Shown here one piece after another: positions 57,436 to 64,000 of a stretch of 64,000 nt of DNA; positions within the stretch are counted from its first letter, which is position 1; every line of letters begins with the position of its first letter. A program made the translations under genes and the position numbers. Source of the DNA: Thermoplasmata archaeon (GTDB lineage: Archaea; Thermoplasmatota; E2; JACPAO01; JAHFTW01); assembly GCA_034667725.1 (NCBI GenBank), contig JAXDQS010000001.1, forward strand, positions 64,001 through 128,000. Reading direction: 5' to 3'. The notes beneath the pieces were generated by a model that had not been told where the DNA came from, did no database searches, and was given only the letters and a program-made list of their open reading frames with translations.

Positions 57436-57911
57436 TGGAGCCGGACGCCCGCGCCCGCATCGTCGTCCTGGTCGCCGCCACCCCTGGCCTTTCGCTGCAG
57501 GACCTGGCGCTCGCGATGGGCCTCAGCCGCACCGCCGTCGCCCGCCACACCCGCCGCCTCGCCAAGGACGGCCGCATCCGCCGCATCCGCTCCGGCCGCC
57601 GCGTGCTGCACGTCCCCAACGGCCACGAGGGCAACCCGACCATCCTCGCCGCGATGCGCCAACGCACCGCCCGCATCGTGCTGGAGTCGTTCCGCGCCGA
57701 CCCCCGCCTGCCCGTGCGCGAGCTGGCGCGGCGGCTCGACGTCACGCCGAAGGCCGTCCGCTGGCACGTCAAGCGCTTCCGCGCCGACGGCCTGCTGGAG
57801 GGCGCCGGCATGGAGCGCGACGGCCGCCGCGGCCGCCCCGACGCCGGGCTCGGCGAAGGACTGGAGGCGATGCCGGTGTGGGACCCGGCGGAGCATCCGG
57901 AGCACGGCTGA
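57435..57911 (+). CDS. Tandem winged-helix transcriptional regulator
   Basis: PGLSLQDLALAMGLSRTAVARH..L.KDG and RELARRLDVTPKAVRWHVKRF; translationally coupled. Confidence 0.82.
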   Translation: MEPDARARIVVLVAATPGLSLQDLALAMGLSRTAVARHTRRLAKDGRIRRIRSGRRVLHVPNGHEGNPTILAAMRQRTARIVLESFRADPRLPVRELARRLDVTPKAVRWHVKRFRADGLLEGAGMERDGRRGRPDAGLGEGLEAMPVWDPAEHPEHG

Positions 57912-57924
57912 CGCCGGCCGCCGG

Positions 57925-57966
57925 CTACAGGCTCGCCCGCACCTTCGCCTTGGCGGCTTCCAGGCA
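57925..57966 (-). pseudogene. Orphan alaS-like C-terminal fragment (CLEAAKAKVRASL*)
   Basis: Aligns with the live alaS end FLEQAKRNVAQSLS* (7/13 identical, no gaps). Confidence 0.65.
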
Positions 57967-58022
57967 CTCGCGCGAGGGCGCTCCGCCCCGCGACCCCCTG
58001 AAGGCTCGCGCTGCGGCGCTCG

Positions 58023-60833
58023 CTACGACAGGGACTGGGCGACGTTGCGCTTCGCTTGCTCGAGGAACGCCGGGACCATCGCCGTGTTGGTCGTCGCGCC
58101 CTGCACCATGTCCGGCTTGCCTCCGCCACGGGCTCCGGCCAAGTCCTTGACTTCCTGGAACTTGGCTCGCAGGTCCAACTGGACGTCAGCGGAACGCGCG
58201 AAGATGAACGGGCCTTCCGTCGAAGCCAGCAAGGCCACGACGCCTTCGGGTTGGGTCAATTCGGCAGCGACTTTCTGCAAGGCCGCCGCGGGCAGAATCT
58301 GCACCACGATGCGGAACCGTCCAACCGGGTGGGCGTTCGCGACCGCGGCCTTGCTCTCCAGCTCGGCGAGGCGGGCGTTCAGGGTCTCGAGCTGCTTGCG
58401 CTGCTCCTTCCATTCGCCGAAGAACCGCTTGGCCGCGTTGGGGACCTCGGCGGGCGCCACCTCCATCGCCTCGCCGGCGGAGCGCAGCAGGTCGTCGGTG
58501 GCCTGCCAGCGCTGCACGGCGTAGGGGCCGGCGGCGTACTCGAAGCGCTCGACGCCGTCCTGGACGCGCTCGGTGCGGTACAGCTTGATGGGGCCGACCT
58601 CGTGGGTGGTGTTGCAGTGGGTGCCGCCGCAGTATTCGACGTCGAAGTCCGCGATCTCCACGACGCGCACGTCGCGGCCCTTGGGGATGCCGCCTTGCAG
58701 CAGCGTGAGGCCGTACTTGTTCTCGGCCTCCTCGCGCTTCCACCAGGTCTTGGTGACGGCGCGGCCTTCCAGGACGACCTGGTTGGCAAGCTGCTCGATG
58801 CGCTCCAGCTCCTCCTTGGTGGGGCGCCGGAAGTGGGTCATGTCGACGCGGGCGCAGTCGTGGTACTTCTGGGTGCCCGCCTGCCACGAGTGCATGCCGA
58901 GGACGCGGCGGACGGCCTGGTTCATGATGTGGGTCGCGGTGTGGCTGCGGGTGCAGTCGAGGCGGAACGCCCAATCGACCTCGCCGTGGACGGTGGCGCC
59001 GACGGGGACCGGCTCGCTGACGTGGTGGACCGCGTGGCCGCCGTCCTTGGCGGTCGTGAGGACCTTCACCTTCTTGCCGCCCACCAGGAGCGTACCTTGG
59101 TCGCCGGGCTGGCCGCCGGTCTCCGCGAAGAAGCAGGTCTTGTCCAGGACGACGGCGTGGGCCTTGCCGTCCATGCCGGACCACAGCACCTTGGCGTCGA
59201 ACGCGCGCTGGTCCTGGTGCTTGTAGTACACGAGCTCGGTGGGCGGGACCTGGAGCCGCAGCCCCTTCTCCTTGCCCTTGGCGGCCTTGCTGTGCCGGGC
59301 CGCGACCACCATGTCGAAGTCGTCGGGCACCTCGACCTTGATGCCCATCTGGGCGGCGGCCTCCGCCACCGTGTTCGGGCCGAGGCCGTGGGTGTCGTAG
59401 AGGTCCACCAAATCGTCGGTGGTGAGCGCCTTCTTCTTCTGCAAGGTGCGCTCCACCAGGCGGAGGCCCTTGTCGCGGGAGTCGATGTAGCGCTCGGTCT
59501 CCAGCGCCATGATCTCCATCGCGCGCGGCACGGCGGCCTTGAACTCGGGGAACTCGCCGAGCATCCGCTCCATGTTCCAGGCCACGAGGTCGCCCAAGGG
59601 CTCGCGGATCCCGAGCTGCTCCATGAAGCGGAGCGCGCGGCGGGTCACGAGGCGCATGAGGTAGCCGGCCTTGACGTTGGAGGGCACGATGCCGTCGCCC
59701 ACCATGATGGAGAGGCAGCGCAGGTGGTCGCAGAGCGCGTACATGCTCTCGACCGGGCCCATGATGTCGTTGAGCTCGGCGACGTCGGTCTGGATGCCGT
59801 GCGCGGCGAGCCGCTTGACGACCTCGGCCCGCAGGCCGTCGAGCTTCTGGCCGATGTCCAGGTTGAGGATGCCTTGGACGCGGGCGTGCTCGGTGATGAT
59901 GCGGTTGGCCTTGGCGTCGTCGCGGATGCGGGCGGTGGCGAGGCCCTTGATGCGGCCAATGGTGTCGGGGAACACGGTGTCGTAGGCCGTCGGCGTCCCG
60001 GTCGAGGCCCAGGCCAGGCGCTCCAGGCCCCAGCCGGTGTCGATGATGCGCATGGGCATCCGGCGGTAGCTCTCGCCCTTGATGCTGAACTCGCCGCCCT
60101 CGGCCTCCTCCAGGCACATGAACACCAGGGTCGCGACCTCGAGGCCGCCGGCGAACACCTCGACCGCGGGGCCCGCGTTGCCGCCGCCGTTCCAGGTGCC
60201 TTCCTTGAACGTGATGCGCTTGCCGTCCAGCCCGAGGACCTTGGTCAGGAACTCGACGCCGTAGGCGACGCACTCCTCGGTCCAATACTTCTCGTCGCCG
60301 GGATAGTTGAAGGCGTGGTGGCCCATCATCTCGAAGCACGAGAAGTGGCGCCCGGAGCGGCCGATGTTGGACAGGTCGTTGAGGCGGATGCAGGGCTGCG
60401 ACACCACCAGCGGGTTGGCGGGCGGCGGCACCTCGCCGGAGGTCACGTGGGGCTGGTAGTTCGCGATCGACGCGATGTTGAGGTAGATGTCGTCCCGCCA
60501 GCGGGCGACCACCGGGTTGCGGGGCACGCGCTTGTGGCCCTTGGACTCGAAGAACCGCAGGAACGCCTCGCGCATCTGCGCCACCGACAGCGGCTTGGTG
60601 GTGAGCGGGTTGCCCAGGAAGTCGTACTCGACGCAGTTGGAGTCGCCGCACAAGGTCCGCGCCGCGTCCGTCGTCCAGAACGGGTCGTGGCACGTCGGGC
60701 AGATGCGGCGCTGGTAGCCGTTCTCGTGGAAGAACCGCAGGTCCAGCATCTTGGCGAGTTCCGGGTTCATCCCGGAGGTCGCCTTAGGCGCAGCGGGAGC
60801 GGAGCCGTCGCGCGGCTCGGGCGACATCACCAT
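58023..60833 (-). CDS. alaS: Alanine--tRNA ligase (archaeal type)
   Basis: N-terminal CPTC..CGD, PVVARWRDD, GRHFSCFEMM, DTGWGLER, HTATH, CGGTH, GGGKP; start 60833, 60827 or 60770. Confidence 0.97.
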   Translation of the reverse strand: MVMSPEPRDGSAPAAPKATSGMNPELAKMLDLRFFHENGYQRRICPTCHDPFWTTDAARTLCGDSNCVEYDFLGNPLTTKPLSVAQMREAFLRFFESKGHKRVPRNPVVARWRDDIYLNIASIANYQPHVTSGEVPPPANPLVVSQPCIRLNDLSNIGRSGRHFSCFEMMGHHAFNYPGDEKYWTEECVAYGVEFLTKVLGLDGKRITFKEGTWNGGGNAGPAVEVFAGGLEVATLVFMCLEEAEGGEFSIKGESYRRMPMRIIDTGWGLERLAWASTGTPTAYDTVFPDTIGRIKGLATARIRDDAKANRIITEHARVQGILNLDIGQKLDGLRAEVVKRLAAHGIQTDVAELNDIMGPVESMYALCDHLRCLSIMVGDGIVPSNVKAGYLMRLVTRRALRFMEQLGIREPLGDLVAWNMERMLGEFPEFKAAVPRAMEIMALETERYIDSRDKGLRLVERTLQKKKALTTDDLVDLYDTHGLGPNTVAEAAAQMGIKVEVPDDFDMVVAARHSKAAKGKEKGLRLQVPPTELVYYKHQDQRAFDAKVLWSGMDGKAHAVVLDKTCFFAETGGQPGDQGTLLVGGKKVKVLTTAKDGGHAVHHVSEPVPVGATVHGEVDWAFRLDCTRSHTATHIMNQAVRRVLGMHSWQAGTQKYHDCARVDMTHFRRPTKEELERIEQLANQVVLEGRAVTKTWWKREEAENKYGLTLLQGGIPKGRDVRVVEIADFDVEYCGGTHCNTTHEVGPIKLYRTERVQDGVERFEYAAGPYAVQRWQATDDLLRSAGEAMEVAPAEVPNAAKRFFGEWKEQRKQLETLNARLAELESKAAVANAHPVGRFRIVVQILPAAALQKVAAELTQPEGVVALLASTEGPFIFARSADVQLDLRAKFQEVKDLAGARGGGKPDMVQGATTNTAMVPAFLEQAKRNVAQSLS

Positions 60834-60968
60834 GCGGCGCGGCACGGAGGTCCGACGGATAAGCGGCCCGGCGCAGGAGGGAACCGCCGGCTTCGGCGCG
60901 CACATTGGCCTACGTTCGTCGGCCTCCGAGGGGCAACGCCTAAGCGGAGGGTCAGGACTCGCTGGCGC

Positions 60969-61970
60969 ATGGACCCCAAGACCGCGAGCCTCGCCGCCCT
61001 GGCGCTGCTGCTCATGGCCGGCTGCACCGGCGAGACCGGCCCGGCCACCGACACGCCGCTCGATTCCCACGGCAACCCTGTCCCGCCGCCCGTCCAGATT
61101 CCGGCGCCCGTGTGGAAGGTCGGCCAGTCGTGGACCTACAGTTGGCTGATCGAGGGCGACCCCAACCCGTTCGACGTCCAGTCCGTCGTCGCCGAAGCCA
61201 CCCCCGCCGGCTACCTGCTGGCGACCCCCAGCCTCGCCAGCGCCGCCATCCACGGCGCCTTCACCCTCCCCACCCTCGGCCTGTTCTCCCCCACCGACCT
61301 CACCGCCAGCGCCGACGGCGGCACCTGGCCCTGGTACCGCTTCCCCCTCTCCGAGAACCTCACCTGGCAAGCCAGCCTGTCGAGCAAGGACGGCGAGGGC
61401 GGCACGTACCAGCAGACCTGGGCCATGGCCGCCAGCAACGTCACCAGCCGCGGCGCCGACATCGTGGCCCGCGTCGACGGCGTCGTCATCGCCCAGTACG
61501 ACTTCGACAACGCCACCGGCTGGTTCACCGAGGCCCGCTTCTACAGCGAGGAAGGCGACCTGCAGTTCCACATCACCCTCAAGGAGAAGGCCGCCACGTT
61601 CCAGGGCACCCTGTACGACGCCACCGGCGACTTCCTGTTCCAGGCCGACTTCGCCGCCGAGCCCGGCACCTTCGGCGGCCAGCCCACGGCGCAGTTCAGC
61701 CCCGACGCCGACCACACCCACATCCTCGCGTTCCCGTACGCCTACGCCGCCGGCGGCGCCTCGGCCAGCACCCTGGTCGCCCCCAACGGCACCGCCTACC
61801 CGCTGCACACCGACCCCGCCCAAGCCGTGGACGGCACCGGCACCGGGGCGTTCCTGGTCGTGCCGGCGGCCCCGGGCAACTGGGAGTTCGCGACCGTCGG
61901 CGCCGGCGCGTTCGCCTGGGGCGGCGGCGTGCAGGCGTTCGGGATCAGCGCGCGGGTGCTGACGGTATAA
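60969..61970 (+). CDS. Hypothetical lipoprotein
   Basis: LLMAGC lipobox; PVWKVGQSWTY. Confidence 0.72.
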   Translation: MDPKTASLAALALLLMAGCTGETGPATDTPLDSHGNPVPPPVQIPAPVWKVGQSWTYSWLIEGDPNPFDVQSVVAEATPAGYLLATPSLASAAIHGAFTLPTLGLFSPTDLTASADGGTWPWYRFPLSENLTWQASLSSKDGEGGTYQQTWAMAASNVTSRGADIVARVDGVVIAQYDFDNATGWFTEARFYSEEGDLQFHITLKEKAATFQGTLYDATGDFLFQADFAAEPGTFGGQPTAQFSPDADHTHILAFPYAYAAGGASASTLVAPNGTAYPLHTDPAQAVDGTGTGAFLVVPAAPGNWEFATVGAGAFAWGGGVQAFGISARVLTV

Positions 61971-61974
61971 GGGC

Positions 61975-62817
61975 TCAGTAGAACCAACCGACGGCCGAAA
62001 CGGAACGGCGGGGAATCTCGAAAAGCGGGCCCGCCCGAGGATCCATCGTCCCGTTCCGGACCAGGAAGCTGTCGGATGTGGTCGCAAGGACGAACACGGG
62101 AACGGTGTACCCGAAACCCGAGGTCTCGTTCACGTTCTCCAGCAGGTTGCGGCGGACCACGGGAGTCAAGCCATCGGGCTCGATTTCCAAGATGGCGACC
62201 TCTGGGAAGGTCCCACCAAACTCGGGTGCAAGGTCTTCCATGAAAATGAGCGGAAACGAAATCATGGCCACCATTACGAAAGTCCCGACGACCAAGACCG
62301 TGACGTCCTCCTCGTCCTTATGGAGGTGTTTGTCTTTTGCGAAGAGCCGGTTGAGCAGGGCCGCGAGAGCCGGCACCGCCACACCCAACAGAACGCCCTG
62401 CATCGCGTACAGCCAAGGGGAGTAGGTGTTCTCTTCCAGCATGTCGAACCCTTGTCCAATGAAGTAGCATGCCAACACGCCCAATGCTCCGGCAACGGGG
62501 TAGACAAGGAGCACCCAGGTCGACCTCCATCCCCGACGGCAGGCTTTCCTGTAGGCCTGATGCGCCATCACGAGGGCAAACGCGACCATGAGTCCAAGCA
62601 CAAGGGCTGCAAACCCAAGCGCCAGCAGCCGCTCCGGTGGTGCGGAAACCCATCCTAGACGGTAATCGTACAGATGCCGGCCCCAGGCCATGAAGCCAAT
62701 GACATAGGCGGCCGGCAAGATACCCAATGCGATGTTCCTGACGGTCAGCATCCAACCGTAGCGGAAAGTCAACTCCGGATCAGAGATGTCCGCTTCCTGG
62801 ACGGTCTCGTCTGCCAT
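61975..62817 (-). CDS. Multi-pass membrane protein of atypical (lower GC) composition
   Basis: About 5 TM segments; many A/T-ending codons. Confidence 0.7.
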   Translation of the reverse strand: MADETVQEADISDPELTFRYGWMLTVRNIALGILPAAYVIGFMAWGRHLYDYRLGWVSAPPERLLALGFAALVLGLMVAFALVMAHQAYRKACRRGWRSTWVLLVYPVAGALGVLACYFIGQGFDMLEENTYSPWLYAMQGVLLGVAVPALAALLNRLFAKDKHLHKDEEDVTVLVVGTFVMVAMISFPLIFMEDLAPEFGGTFPEVAILEIEPDGLTPVVRRNLLENVNETSGFGYTVPVFVLATTSDSFLVRNGTMDPRAGPLFEIPRRSVSAVGWFY

Positions 62818-62907
62818 TGCACGCCTATCGAAAAATTCGCAGAAAGAGGTATCGATTTCTTGCTCCCTGTTGGGTGTCCTAAAAAGCATGGAGAATCTAG
62901 ACCCCTC

Positions 62908-64000
62908 GTGGACGCCCTCCCCCCCGCCCTCGACCCCCGCCTGCGGGCGCGGGCGCTGGCGGGCGCGGCGTGGGTGCGCGAGCAGCACCAGGCGGGCCGC
63001 CGCATCCTGGTCGTCCACCACTTGGACGCCGACGGCGTGACGGCCGGCGCCATCGCCGCCGAGGCGCTGGCGCGCGCCAACGTCCTGCACGCCACCCAGG
63101 TGGTGCGCTCGCTCGACGACGTCCACGTCCGGCTGGTCCACGACGCGGCGCCGACCGCGCTCTGGTTCTGCGACCTTGGCAGCACGGCGTACATGCACTT
63201 CCCGCAGCCGAAGCTGGTGTGCGACCACCACCAACTGGTGCGCGACGGCCACGAGGAGTCGTTCCCGCACGTGAACCCGCTCCTGGACGGCATCCCGGGC
63301 GAGACCATCTCCGGCGCGGGCTGCGCGTTCCTGGTCGCCGCCGCCATGGACGCGGCCAACGCGGACCTGGTCGTCCCGGCCCTCGTGGGCGCCGCGGGCG
63401 ACCGGCAGGACCGGCCGTTCGAGGGCACCAACCAGCTCCTGGTCCGCCTTGCCGTCGGGCGCGGCCTCGCCGACGCCGCCATGGACCTGTCGTTCTTCGG
63501 CCCCGAGACCCGGCCGCTGCGGCAGTTCCTCGCCCGCGGCGACGTCCGCGTGCCCGGCGTCGCCGGCGACCCCCGCGGCGCCGAGGCCCTGCTCCTGGAG
63601 CTGGGCCTGCCGGCCGACACCACCTGGAGCGCGTTGTCGCCCGACGAGCGGCTGCGCGTCCGCTCCGCCCTGGCGACGCGGCTCCTCGACTGCGGCCTGG
63701 CCGCCGAGGTCCCCGGCCTGTGGCGCGAGGTCGTGCGGCTGGCGCGCGAGCCGCCGGGCCCGACGCGCGAGCTGCAGGAGTTCGCCACCCTCCTCAACAG
63801 CACCGCCCGCTACGGCCGCCCCGAGGTCGGCCTGGCCGTGGCCCGCGGCGACCGCGCCGCCGCCTACCAGGAGGCGCTGGCGCTGCTGGTGGACCACCGC
63901 AAGCACCTCGTCGGCAGCCTCGGCCACCTCGCGGCCGCCGGCGTGCGCGACGGCGTGGCGCTGCAGTGGGTCGACGTCGAGGACCGCGTCCGCGACACGG
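62908..64000 (+). CDS. RecJ-like DHH phosphoesterase, runs off the window edge
   Basis: Not in the ORF track. Manual translation gives ILVVHHLDADG, FCDLGS, VCDHH, HVNP, ISGAG, VGAAGDRQ, EFATLLNSTARY. Confidence 0.9.
   Translation, partial: MDALPPALDPRLRARALAGAAWVREQHQAGRRILVVHHLDADGVTAGAIAAEALARANVLHATQVVRSLDDVHVRLVHDAAPTALWFCDLGSTAYMHFPQPKLVCDHHQLVRDGHEESFPHVNPLLDGIPGETISGAGCAFLVAAAMDAANADLVVPALVGAAGDRQDRPFEGTNQLLVRLAVGRGLADAAMDLSFFGPETRPLRQFLARGDVRVPGVAGDPRGAEALLLELGLPADTTWSALSPDERLRVRSALATRLLDCGLAAEVPGLWREVVRLAREPPGPTRELQEFATLLNSTARYGRPEVGLAVARGDRAAAYQEALALLVDHRKHLVGSLGHLAAAGVRDGVALQWVDVEDRVRDT

Overview
GC-rich chromosomal segment of an archaeon, most consistent with Thermoplasmatota (inference). 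Archaeal markers are an A-type ATP synthase operon atpH-I-K-E-C-F-A-B, RFC large subunit and NreA with PIP boxes, an archaeal-type AlaRS, and a SAMP-like protein. Core genes (pdxT, pdxS, purB, hisS, alaS, rfcL, ltaE, msrA, crcB, P5C dehydrogenase, RecJ-like DHH protein, tRNA-Ser(CGA)) are interleaved with many secreted, lipoprotein and surface genes. These include a ~3,390-aa Calx-beta-like adhesin, three zinc metalloproteases and a subtilase lacking two catalytic residues. No integrase, transposase or CRISPR-Cas is visible. The most striking signal is non-genic. Directly downstream of atpB, where atpD normally sits, is a tandem array of ~140-bp units. Each unit is a conserved 12-bp-stem hairpin repeat joined to a different, stop-terminated variant of the last ~19 codons of atpB. 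A second orphan C-terminal tail, behind a loosely related GC-rich linker, lies downstream of alaS. The live 3' ends of atpB, alaS and pdxT show atypical codon usage. Together this suggests a repeat-associated process that replaces the 3' ends of essential genes and leaves the displaced tails behind.
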